From Deinococcales bacterium (lineage in GTDB: Bacteria; Deinococcota; Deinococci; Deinococcales; JAAFIG01): a DNA stretch of 14,753 bases. Under the pieces are notes generated by a model. It was not told the DNA's origin. It did no database searches and saw only the letters and a program-made list of their open reading frames with translations. Made by a program: the position numbers and the translations under genes. Of this stretch, positions 6,770 to 14,618 are shown in pieces. Numbering within the stretch: position 1 is the stretch's first letter; every line of letters starts with the position of its first letter. The stretch spans positions 1-14,753 of the forward strand of contig JANNVX010000013.1 in assembly GCA_031414595.1 (NCBI GenBank), in the 5' to 3' direction.

Positions 6770-7693
6770 ATGAAAATCATTTTGGATTGCGACCCCGGGC
6801 ATGATGATGCCTTGGCAATCATGTTGGCACTGTCTAGCCCCGAACTCGAGGTGCTGGGAATTACCGTCACCTATGGCAATGTCGGTTTAGAAAACACCCT
6901 GCGTAATGCCTTAAAAATTCGGGAACTCTGCGGTTCAAACGTGCCAGTCTACGCCGGTGTGCCATTGCCGCTCGTCTCGAGCCGAATTTCGGCAGAGTTT
7001 GTCCATGGGCGCAGCGGTTTGGATGGTCCTGAGTTACCCGAACCTAAACGCGGGGCAGAGGAGACCCGTGCGGTGGATTTTATGATAGATTCGATTCTGG
7101 CACACCCGCACGAAGTGACGCTCTGCCCAGTTGGTCCAATGACCAATCTTGCACTGGCGATGCGTCTCGAGCCAAAAATCGTGCCGCTTATTAAGCAAAT
7201 TGTTCTGATGGGTGGCAGTACAGGCTTAGGGAATTGGTCGCCAGCCGCAGAATTTAATATTCTCTGCGACCCTCATGCGGCGAAAATTGTCTTTGAATCG
7301 GGTTGTGACATCACCATGTTTGGCTTAAACGTCACCCATCAGGCGTTGGCACTGCCGCAGCACATTGAGGCAATTCGGGACAATGGCAACAAAACCAGTC
7401 TGGTGGCAGCCGAACTGCTCGAGTTTTTTAAGGTTGCCTATGCCAAGCGCTATGGTTATGCTGGTCCGGCACTGCACGACCCATGTGTGATTGCCTTTTT
7501 ATTAAAACCCGAACTCTTTACCACCGAATTTTTGCATGTCGTGGTGGATGACTCGAGCGGTGCGTCTTTTGGGCGAACCGTGGTGGATGTGTACGGTGTG
7601 ACTCAACATAAACCCAATACCACGGTGGCAATGATGGTGGATGCCGATGGTTACTTTGCACTTCTTGCCGAGCGCTTGGCGTTACTGCCTTAA
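6770..7693 (+). CDS. Inosine-uridine-preferring (IUNH) family nucleoside hydrolase
   Basis: N-terminal DCDPGHDD Ca-binding motif, VHGRSGL, GPMTNLA, LMGG, AEFNILCDPHAA, LHDP. ATG 6770 is preferred over TTG 6764 because -10 TAAACT (6757-6762) lies 7 nt upstream. Confidence 0.95.
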   Translation: MKIILDCDPGHDDALAIMLALSSPELEVLGITVTYGNVGLENTLRNALKIRELCGSNVPVYAGVPLPLVSSRISAEFVHGRSGLDGPELPEPKRGAEETRAVDFMIDSILAHPHEVTLCPVGPMTNLALAMRLEPKIVPLIKQIVLMGGSTGLGNWSPAAEFNILCDPHAAKIVFESGCDITMFGLNVTHQALALPQHIEAIRDNGNKTSLVAAELLEFFKVAYAKRYGYAGPALHDPCVIAFLLKPELFTTEFLHVVVDDSSGASFGRTVVDVYGVTQHKPNTTVAMMVDADGYFALLAERLALLP

Positions 7694-7699
7694 GCTACT

Positions 7700-7728
7700 T
7701 TCAAAATTGTGGGTCAATGCAGTATTGT
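7700..7728 (+). promoter_or_regulatory. Putative promoter of the GTPase operon (leaderless first gene)
   Basis: TTCAAA (7700-7705), 17 nt, TATTGT (7723-7728), then 6 nt to ATG 7735. Confidence 0.55.
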
Positions 7729-7734
7729 CTTAAT

Positions 7735-8157
7735 ATGGCGACAAAACCTAATCCTGTGCCTTCGACAAGCAGCGACCCCTCTGTACCTCGGGCTGACCCC
7801 AGTCTCGAGCAAGTGCGGGATATTCTTTTTGGTCAGCAGCAACGCAGTTTTAACAATGACCTGTCGGTGCTGGAAGCCCGAGTCTTGGCACTCGAGAAGC
7901 GTTCTGAGGATTTGGAACGCGAACTGGCAGCTACCAAGGATGAACTTGAGGCACGGATTCGCTCCGAGAGCCAACGCCAAGATAAGGCACTGAACGCCGA
8001 GTCGAATCGTTTGAATAAGTTAATCGAAACCGAAGTTAGCCAATTACAAGCCCAGCATCAGCAGGCAATGGCAGATTTGGAGACGTTGCGCTTGAAGGAT
8101 AGGGCAAAACTAGCAGCCCTGATGGTCAGTTTGGCGCAGCAACTCGAGGCGGATTAA
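7735..8157 (+). CDS. Coiled-coil protein, first gene of the small-GTPase operon
   Basis: 140 aa from ATG 7735. Pro/Ser-rich N-terminus, then LEQVRDILFG and heptad-rich E/L/Q/R helices. Confidence 0.8.
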   Translation: MATKPNPVPSTSSDPSVPRADPSLEQVRDILFGQQQRSFNNDLSVLEARVLALEKRSEDLERELAATKDELEARIRSESQRQDKALNAESNRLNKLIETEVSQLQAQHQQAMADLETLRLKDRAKLAALMVSLAQQLEAD

Positions 8158-8160
8158 AGC

Positions 8161-9498
8161 GTGGTTTCACCTCGAGAAGATAGTATTTCCGAACCGTCTT
8201 TTGATGTGTTGCGGGAAGTGCTACTTTCCGAGGAACGCCACCGATTGGGGTCGGTAGAACACCGCTTAAATGATCCCGAGGTTCGTACCACAGAGCTTGC
8301 CGAGGTGTTGAGTGATGCCTTAAATTTGGCAGCCAAAGAACCTCGTTTTGCTCGGGTGCTTGCGCCAACCATCGAAAAAGCCTTGTTTGAATCGGTCAGA
8401 GCTAACCCCGAAGGACTTGCCGATGCGCTTTTTCCAGTCCTAATGCCAACCATTCGGCGGGTGGTCTTAAGTTTACTCGAGCGTACTTTTGAAAATTTTA
8501 ATCGGGTGCTTGATGTGTCGGTCTCGCCACGCAGTTTTGCTTGGCGGCTCGAGTCTTGGCGTACAGGTAAGCCTTTTGGTGAAATTGTTTTGTACCATAC
8601 CGTCCAGTACCGTGTTGAGCAAGTGCTGCTGACGCACCGAGAGACTGGTTTACTGGTCGAACAAGCGGGGGTTAGTAACTCCGATGCCGATTTGGTCAGT
8701 GCCATGCTGACCGCGATTCAAGATTTTGCCAGAGACAGTTTCCAAATGGGCGACGCAACCATTCGCACTTTCAAAATTGGTGATTTAACGGTGCTGATTG
8801 AAACCTCGCCCCATGCCACGATAGCTGCCGCCGTGCGTGGTACACCTCCAGCCGAGTATAGCGACAATTTAGCGGTGGCATTAGAAACGATTCAATTGCG
8901 TTTTTCATCTGATTTATCGGGTTTTCAGGGTGACACCAGTGTTTTTGAAGCTGCCAAACCCATTTTAGAAGGTTGCTTAACCACGGTTTATATGCAGCAA
9001 CCTGCCCAAAAAAGCAAAGCCGCGCCAAATCCAATGCAGCGTTTTGGTTTGCCTGTGCTTGGTCTTGCCCTGCTGTTAGGGGCGGCTTGGTGGGGTTGGA
9101 ATGCCTATCAAGCTGGGCTTTGGCAGGGGGCGGTGCAAGCGTTGCGGCTCGAGCCGGGCTTTTTGATTATCGAGGATAGCCAAAAACGTTTGGTGGGCTT
9201 ACGTGACCCGTTGGCTCGAGAGCCACAAGTGGTGCTGGATTCACTAGGTTATCCAGATGTACCTCAAGTCTGGGGAGAATTCCAATCCTTAGACCCGCAG
9301 TTAATTGTCGAACGCGCACGGGTGGCACTCGAACCAGCCTCGAGTACGGCGGTGGAATTACGTGGACAAACCCTTGTGTTTAGCGGACAAGCTACCGAAG
9401 CCTGGGTAAAACGCGCTAAACTAATTGCTCGTGGTTTATCGGGAGTATCAAATGTTGACTCGAGAGCCTTAGAATTGGTGGAAGCGGAGAAAAAATGA
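8161..9498 (+). CDS. Single-pass membrane protein: helical N-terminus, roadblock/longin-like region, TM helix, BON-like C-terminus
   Basis: 445 aa with YRVEQVLLTHRETGLL...DADLVSAMLTAIQDF, a hydrophobic stretch FGLPVLGLALLLGAAWWGW, and C-terminal LVFSGQA...ARGLSGVSNVD. Domain assignments are by eye. Starts 3 nt after the previous stop. Confidence 0.78.
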   Translation: MVSPREDSISEPSFDVLREVLLSEERHRLGSVEHRLNDPEVRTTELAEVLSDALNLAAKEPRFARVLAPTIEKALFESVRANPEGLADALFPVLMPTIRRVVLSLLERTFENFNRVLDVSVSPRSFAWRLESWRTGKPFGEIVLYHTVQYRVEQVLLTHRETGLLVEQAGVSNSDADLVSAMLTAIQDFARDSFQMGDATIRTFKIGDLTVLIETSPHATIAAAVRGTPPAEYSDNLAVALETIQLRFSSDLSGFQGDTSVFEAAKPILEGCLTTVYMQQPAQKSKAAPNPMQRFGLPVLGLALLLGAAWWGWNAYQAGLWQGAVQALRLEPGFLIIEDSQKRLVGLRDPLAREPQVVLDSLGYPDVPQVWGEFQSLDPQLIVERARVALEPASSTAVELRGQTLVFSGQATEAWVKRAKLIARGLSGVSNVDSRALELVEAEKK

Positions 9499-10007
9499 GT
9501 CAAGAGACAGTTTTACAATTTAAGATGTGTTTACTCGGCGGCTCGGCTGTCGGTAAATCCAGTCTGATTGCACGTTTTGTGCATAGTATTTACTCAGGGC
9601 AGTACCACACCACGGTGGGTGTGCGAATCGAAAAGAAATTGGTTCGCACCGAAAAAGGGGCAGCCAACTTAATGATTTGGGACATCAACGGTGAGGATGC
9701 CTATCAAAAAGTCCAAACCACTTATCTGCGTGGCATGGCTGGCTACTTTTTGGTGGCTGACGGCACACGTGAGCAAACCGTAGACGAATGCCTAAAACTT
9801 CATGCTCGAGCGGTCGAGGGTTTTGGGGCGTTGCCAGCCTATTTACTGATTAACAAATCCGATCTTCAACACGAGTGGCGGGTGGATATGGCACAACTTG
9901 AATCGCTTGGAATTACCGTCTTAAAAACCAGTGCTTTAACTGGCGAGAATGTCGAATTGGCATTTTATCACCTTGCCCAACAAATGGTTGCTAAGGTTAA
10001 ATCATGA
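9495..10007 (+). CDS. Ras-superfamily (Rab-like) small GTPase
   Basis: 170 aa with G1 GGSAVGKS, G2 YHTTVG, G3 WDINGE, YLRG, G4 NKSD, G5 TSA.TGENV..AF. ATGA overlaps at both ends. Confidence 0.95.
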   Translation: MSQETVLQFKMCLLGGSAVGKSSLIARFVHSIYSGQYHTTVGVRIEKKLVRTEKGAANLMIWDINGEDAYQKVQTTYLRGMAGYFLVADGTREQTVDECLKLHARAVEGFGALPAYLLINKSDLQHEWRVDMAQLESLGITVLKTSALTGENVELAFYHLAQQMVAKVKS

Positions 10008-11212
10008 ACACCATTCCAGCCGAGTTACTCGAGAGTGCGGGATGGATTGCCTTTGAATGGCAGTTAAGCGGCGAACTGACCCTACTGACTCGAGCGCCTA
10101 AATGGATGCAGTCTTTAATTCAAAATGGGCAACTAGAAGCCACGGTTTCGCCGTTCTTAGAAAATTTTTTAATAGACGCACGGGTTTTTTGGGCAGAAGA
10201 AAAAATCGGGCGGCTACGCAGTGGTGTTTGGCTTGAACCGACCGACAAAGGCACAGAACAAGCCCTCGAAGCCACGGCAGTCCACAGCGAGGACAGGGCT
10301 TTTTTGGTGATTGAAATTCTGGGCGGCAAATTTAACGAGCAAACCAAAATCCTCCAAGCTGCCAGAGAATCGCACCTTGAATCCCAGCGCCTAAGAAGCG
10401 AATTACGAGAATTAAAAGACCAAAGTAAAAACTTAGAACGTGCCATGCTCGAGTTGGCTGGAAAAATGAACATCAGTAGTCAAATTCAAGCCGAAGCCCT
10501 GCTGCACGATGCTAAACGGGCTGCTATCCGCTCCGAGCAAATCCAAAACCAGTACCTTGCCCAACTCGCCCATGAATTGCGAACCCCGTTAAGTGTGATT
10601 CTGTGGATTTCGGATACGCTCGAGGATACTTCCCTAGACCCAGAACAGCGTGAGCAACTGCTGCAACTCGAGAACGCGGCTAAGCACCTAAACTTGGTTA
10701 CATCCGATTTACTCGATTTCTTTAAGCTCGAGGCAGGCGCTAAACCACCGTTGAGAGCCTTATTTAACTTGGATGAACTTGCCCGTTCTTGTATGCGCGA
10801 CCTGAGTGAAAGTGCCAAAGCCAAAGGCGTAGACATCAACGTTCACGCCCCGCAAGAATTACCGATTGCGGCTGACCAACGTCAACTGCGACAGGTGCTG
10901 CATAACCTGCTGGTCAATGCCCTAAAATTCACCGATACAGGCGGTAGTATCGTGATTGAAGCCCTTGAAGTCGGCAGCAATTTAGAGCTTCGGGTCATAG
11001 ACACGGGCATCGGTATTGCCCCAGCCGATATTCCCAAATTATTCCAGCCATTTGGCAAACTCGAGAACCCCGAGTACAACCCAGACGGCACGGGTTTAGG
11101 TTTGGTGATTGCCCAAAGAATCGTTGAAGCCCACGGCGGCAGCATTAAAATCTCGAGCGCTCCGAGCTTGGGCAGTACCTTTACGGTGATTCTGCCACAA
11201 GTGTTGAATTAA
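10004..11212 (+). CDS. Soluble sensor histidine kinase (unassigned N-terminal domain, coiled coil, HisKA, HATPase_c)
   Basis: H-box LAHELRTPL, N-box NLLVNALKFT, G1 DTGIGI, F-box LFQPF, G2 GTGLGL. No TM helix and no receiver domain seen. Confidence 0.95.
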   Translation: MNTIPAELLESAGWIAFEWQLSGELTLLTRAPKWMQSLIQNGQLEATVSPFLENFLIDARVFWAEEKIGRLRSGVWLEPTDKGTEQALEATAVHSEDRAFLVIEILGGKFNEQTKILQAARESHLESQRLRSELRELKDQSKNLERAMLELAGKMNISSQIQAEALLHDAKRAAIRSEQIQNQYLAQLAHELRTPLSVILWISDTLEDTSLDPEQREQLLQLENAAKHLNLVTSDLLDFFKLEAGAKPPLRALFNLDELARSCMRDLSESAKAKGVDINVHAPQELPIAADQRQLRQVLHNLLVNALKFTDTGGSIVIEALEVGSNLELRVIDTGIGIAPADIPKLFQPFGKLENPEYNPDGTGLGLVIAQRIVEAHGGSIKISSAPSLGSTFTVILPQVLN

Positions 11213-11219
11213 AGGGCAG

Positions 11220-11250
11220 GAGGAAGGAGAAAATAGCTTTCTCTTTTCTC
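11220..11250 (+). terminator. Possible hairpin after the GTPase operon
   Basis: GAGGAAGGAGAAA-ATAGC-TTTCTCTTTTCTC forms a 13-bp stem with 2 G:U pairs. No clear downstream U-tract. Confidence 0.35.
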
Positions 11251-11307
11251 ACCCGTTTAGTGGCTTGGATTGCTGCTTGAGACCATAAATTCACGTAAAC
11301 TTAGGGC

Positions 11308-12414
11308 GTGAAAAGATTTTTGCTTTTGGTTGGTGCGGTTTTGGTGGCTTGTGCGCCAGCTAGTATGCGTTCGCTCGAGCCTTTTGTTGAACGCAAACCC
11401 GACCCGATTCTTGACCAAGGGGCGCACAAAGCCCCGATTGAATGGTGGTACTTAAACGCCCATCTCGAGACCAAAACGGGTACAAGAGGCATTGCGGCGG
11501 CTATTTTTCAGGTTTATATCCCAGATGGCACGCCGTATAACCTTGCCAGCCTGTTTCCAGATGCTTTGTTCTTTGGGCATTACAGCATTGTGGATAAACA
11601 GACTGGTTTGTTTCAAAGCAGCGAATACAGCACTGTGCCAAGGGCTAAACCCGATGTTGCCACCAAAGTTGGTTTTGCCGACACAAACCGTATGAATGTC
11701 GGACTCGGTGATTGGCGCATGACTCGGGAAGCGAACGGTATTTACACCGCTAAGTTTGGCATCAAAAACCGCGAAACCGTAGACCTCAAACTCCGACCGC
11801 TTCGCCCAGAAGCGATTCATGGACCCGGTTGGAGTGGCAACCTCGAGACAGGACGCATGTATTACACCAGTGCCACCCGCCTCGAGATTAGTGGCACGTA
11901 CAATGGCGAACCAGTAAGCGGGATTGCTTGGCTGGATCATCAATGGGGCGGCGGCTTAGGTGCAAGTGGCGATGGCAGTGCCAGTTCCTCGCCGCGTTGG
12001 GATTGGATGAGCATGAACCTCGAGGATGGACGCGACATTATGCTCTACAGTTTACGCAACGAAAAAGGCGAGGTCTCGGATCGTTTTGCCAGTATTGTCA
12101 AACCCGACGGCAGCACCACCGAAGAACGCAACTTTGAAATGCAGCCTTGGGATTGGTGGGTTTCGCCAAGCAGTGGTGGCAAGTATCCCGTGCGTTGGTA
12201 TGTGCGCCTCAAAGATGGCACAGTCTTAAACATTAAACCAGTGGTCAATGCCCAAGAAGTCGAGGCAAGGGCTACGGCTGGTTTTAACTATTACGAAGGT
12301 GCAATTAGTATTTCTGGAACGACTCGAGGCGTTGGCTATATGGAACTCACCGGCTACACCACGATGAAAAATCCATTTGCCAATCCGTTCTCGTTTATTG
12401 AACCGACAAAGTGA
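11308..12414 (+). CDS. Lipoprotein of the AttH / CrtC (lipocalin-like) family
   Basis: Lipobox LVAC after a signal peptide, EWWYLNAHL, YYTSATRL, AWLDHQW, WDW...L.DG...MLY, YP..W, YYEG, GYMELTGY. Leaderless -10 TAAACT (11296-11301). Confidence 0.88.
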   Translation: MKRFLLLVGAVLVACAPASMRSLEPFVERKPDPILDQGAHKAPIEWWYLNAHLETKTGTRGIAAAIFQVYIPDGTPYNLASLFPDALFFGHYSIVDKQTGLFQSSEYSTVPRAKPDVATKVGFADTNRMNVGLGDWRMTREANGIYTAKFGIKNRETVDLKLRPLRPEAIHGPGWSGNLETGRMYYTSATRLEISGTYNGEPVSGIAWLDHQWGGGLGASGDGSASSSPRWDWMSMNLEDGRDIMLYSLRNEKGEVSDRFASIVKPDGSTTEERNFEMQPWDWWVSPSSGGKYPVRWYVRLKDGTVLNIKPVVNAQEVEARATAGFNYYEGAISISGTTRGVGYMELTGYTTMKNPFANPFSFIEPTK

Positions 12415-12457
12415 GGGCAGCAAAGAGCAATGATTTTTCCTCCTTTCTTTTTTGTCC

Positions 12458-13756
12458 TTAAACCATAGCTTCAAAGGTAATTTCAATCCTCAGTCCACCT
12501 TGTTTGGCTTGTCCAAATTTAAGTGCTGCTCTGTGGTTACTGACCACGGCGGCAACCAAGGCTAGACCTAAGCCTGAACCGGCAATACTTTGTAGATTTG
12601 TTCCACGCTGAAATGGTTGTTGCAAGCGTTCTAAATCGGTGGCTGCGATGCCGTTTCCATCATCGGCAATGCTTAAGATATTGGATTCTAAGCTGACCCA
12701 AATATGTCCGTCTGGCTGACCGTACTTAATCGCATTCTCGAGTAAATTATAAATCGCAATCCGTAAACTGCTTGGGTCAGCTTTGATTTGGCTTGGCTCG
12801 AGATTCAATTCAAAACCAATGGATTTTGTGGCTGCCATGTGTTGCAGACTTTCCACAGTATCAAAAACCAGATCGGATAAACTTAGTTTTTGCAATTGAA
12901 TCGGTTGATAAGACCGTGCCAGTGCCAGTAAACTCTCAATGGTGGTGTTCAAATCAGTAGCCGTTTCCTCGAGTTCGCGCAGTGCATTTTGGTATTCTTG
13001 GGGTGTGCGGGTTCGCTCTAAGGTCAGGCTGGTGCGTCCGCGCAGTACGGTTAAAGGGGTGCGGAGTTCATGCGCCGCCGCCAGTGCAAAAGCCCGTTCG
13101 CGTTCAATCGTGTGTTCTAATTTCTCGAGCATGGCGTTGACAGTTTGGGTTAAGCGTGCCATTTCATCATTGCCATTGGTTTGCGGGACTCGCCAATCAC
13201 TTTTTCCTGAGGTAGCAATGCTTAATGCAAGGCGAGTAACAGCATCTACGGGGCGCAAAGCTCGGTCTGAAATAATGTACCCTGCGATTAAACCAAGGCA
13301 AAGCACAATTGGAATTGAAATCAGTAAACCTTGAGCCGCATTTGTCAGGCTATTTATTGTTTCAATTTGCGAACGAGCCGCTTGTATCCACCCGCCTTTG
13401 GGTATGGCTTGGGTATAAATTCTGATGTCTTCTATGGTTTGAAAGCCAATCTCGAGTTTTGAAAGGATTTGCAATGTTCCAAAACGATCCAAGTGTTGTC
13501 CTTTGGCATCAAAGACCGTTAAAGTAGTCGCTCCGGGTAACTGGGCTTGTAAACGTTCCGTCGGAGTTTCAATTTGGGTTTTGCCGTTGTCATCATCAAG
13601 TTGGGTCATGGCTAACTGAGCCGCTTCTTGTAAGGAAGTATCCAGTGATTGATGCAAACTCGAGCGCAGGGCTAAAAATAAGGCAAAGTTACCAAGCAAT
13701 AAAATCAGAGCGCAAAGTACACCATAATAAAGCGTTAAACGCCAACGTAGACTCAT
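12458..13756 (-). CDS. Membrane sensor histidine kinase (2 TM, HAMP, HisKA, HATPase_c)
   Basis: SLRWRLTLYY plus TM1, TM2 before RALRPV, HAMP DEMARL...N.ML, AAHELRTPL, NLLENAIKY, DDGNGI, GSGLGL. Confidence 0.95.
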   Translation of the reverse strand: MSLRWRLTLYYGVLCALILLLGNFALFLALRSSLHQSLDTSLQEAAQLAMTQLDDDNGKTQIETPTERLQAQLPGATTLTVFDAKGQHLDRFGTLQILSKLEIGFQTIEDIRIYTQAIPKGGWIQAARSQIETINSLTNAAQGLLISIPIVLCLGLIAGYIISDRALRPVDAVTRLALSIATSGKSDWRVPQTNGNDEMARLTQTVNAMLEKLEHTIERERAFALAAAHELRTPLTVLRGRTSLTLERTRTPQEYQNALRELEETATDLNTTIESLLALARSYQPIQLQKLSLSDLVFDTVESLQHMAATKSIGFELNLEPSQIKADPSSLRIAIYNLLENAIKYGQPDGHIWVSLESNILSIADDGNGIAATDLERLQQPFQRGTNLQSIAGSGLGLALVAAVVSNHRAALKFGQAKQGGLRIEITFEAMV

Positions 13757-14424
13757 CCAAGCCGCCCAAGTCGGTAGCCCATGCCTCGAACAGTTTCGAT
13801 GATTTGATCTGATAATTTACGCCGCAAAGTCGAAACAAAGACATCCACGGCTTTTAATTCGACTTCGCTCTGGCTTTGCCAAACCCGTTCAATCAGACTC
13901 GAGCGCGAAAAGGCTCGGTTGGGATTTAAGGCAAAACATTCAAGCAACGCATATTCACGCGGGGTTAATGCCACTGGCTGACCTTGCAGTAAAATTTCAT
14001 GAGCAATTAAATCAAGCACATAACCGACGGGTAAACGAATTTGATTGCGACTTTCACCTTTGGAACGCCGTACTAAAGCCCGAATCCGAGCGCGCAGTTC
14101 CCTAAAATCAAAAGGTTTAGCCAAGTAATCATCTGCACCAGAATCCAAACCCTCGAGTTTAGATTCGATGTCAGCTCGAGCCGTTAAAAAAAGCACTGGG
14201 GTTTTATTGCCATTGCCGCGTAAGCGCCTTGCCAGTAAAAAACCCGCTTCATGACCTTCGGGTAGCATCACATCAAGAATCAGTAAATCAAAAGCCTCGA
14301 GTGCCGCCATGCTCTCGCCGGTACTGGCATTGATGGCGTGTTCGACAACAAAATCATCTTCACTTAAACCATCTAAAATCAGTTTAGCAATCCGTGAATC
14401 ATCTTCAACCAGCAACAACTTCAT
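13753..14424 (-). CDS. OmpR/PhoB-family response regulator
   Basis: LLVEDD, ILDVMLP (phospho-Asp), FLTA, GADDYLAKPF, winged helix LTPREY...LRRKL...IETVRGMGY. ATGA overlap with the kinase. Leaderless -10 TAGATT (14431-14436, minus strand). Confidence 0.96.
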   Translation of the reverse strand: MKLLLVEDDSRIAKLILDGLSEDDFVVEHAINASTGESMAALEAFDLLILDVMLPEGHEAGFLLARRLRGNGNKTPVLFLTARADIESKLEGLDSGADDYLAKPFDFRELRARIRALVRRSKGESRNQIRLPVGYVLDLIAHEILLQGQPVALTPREYALLECFALNPNRAFSRSSLIERVWQSQSEVELKAVDVFVSTLRRKLSDQIIETVRGMGYRLGRLG

Positions 14425-14446
14425 GTGCTTAATCTAACGCGCCAAG

Positions 14447-14480
14447 GTTTTGATTGGGTAAATCTTTACCTAATCAAAAC
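14447..14480. promoter_or_regulatory. 16-bp inverted repeat in the divergent promoter region
   Basis: GTTTTGATTGGGTAAA-TC-TTTACCTAATCAAAAC, 15/16 complementary. Confidence 0.55.
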
Positions 14481-14503
14481 TTTTAATTGCAAAAATGCAG
14501 CCT

Positions 14504-14618
14504 ATGAAGGTTTCTCGAGAATCCCTATTTATGCTTACAATCACCGTACCACTGCTTATATTTGCAGTTCTAACTGTCGAAGTACAGAATCAAAAAGTTC
14601 TGAGTATAGACCAACTTA
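14504..14618 (+). pseudogene. 5' fragment of a membrane protein (possibly PAP2-phosphatase-like) interrupted by IS630
   Basis: ATG 14504 gives MKVSRESLFMLTITVPLLIFAVLTVEVQNQKVLSIDQL, with one hydrophobic helix. The frame then runs into the IS end and stops at 14635. The family guess rests only on the F..L...V.......D pattern. Confidence 0.5.

Noticed and set aside
6575-6802. 75-aa ORF across the pheS leader
   Set aside because: It begins upstream of the predicted promoter, overlaps the hydrolase start and runs through the terminator. The 12-codon ORF fits the promoter geometry better.
12415-12457. Bidirectional terminator between the lipoprotein and kinase genes
   Set aside because: Only a weak, G:U-rich imperfect stem can be drawn, which is insufficient support.
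1768-13334. Numerous 60-183 aa alternative-frame and antisense ORFs inside pheT, pheS, the hydrolase, the GTPase operon, the lipoprotein and the kinase
   Set aside because: Shadow ORFs of confidently identified genes, with no motifs or translation signals.
12458-14424. Assigning cusRS/qseBC or similar gene symbols
   Set aside because: The family is clear, but no sequence feature identifies the specific orthologue or stimulus.
346-14519. CTCGAG excess as a cloning or synthetic artefact
   Set aside because: The sites sit in-frame within intact conserved proteins in all frames, with no junction signatures.
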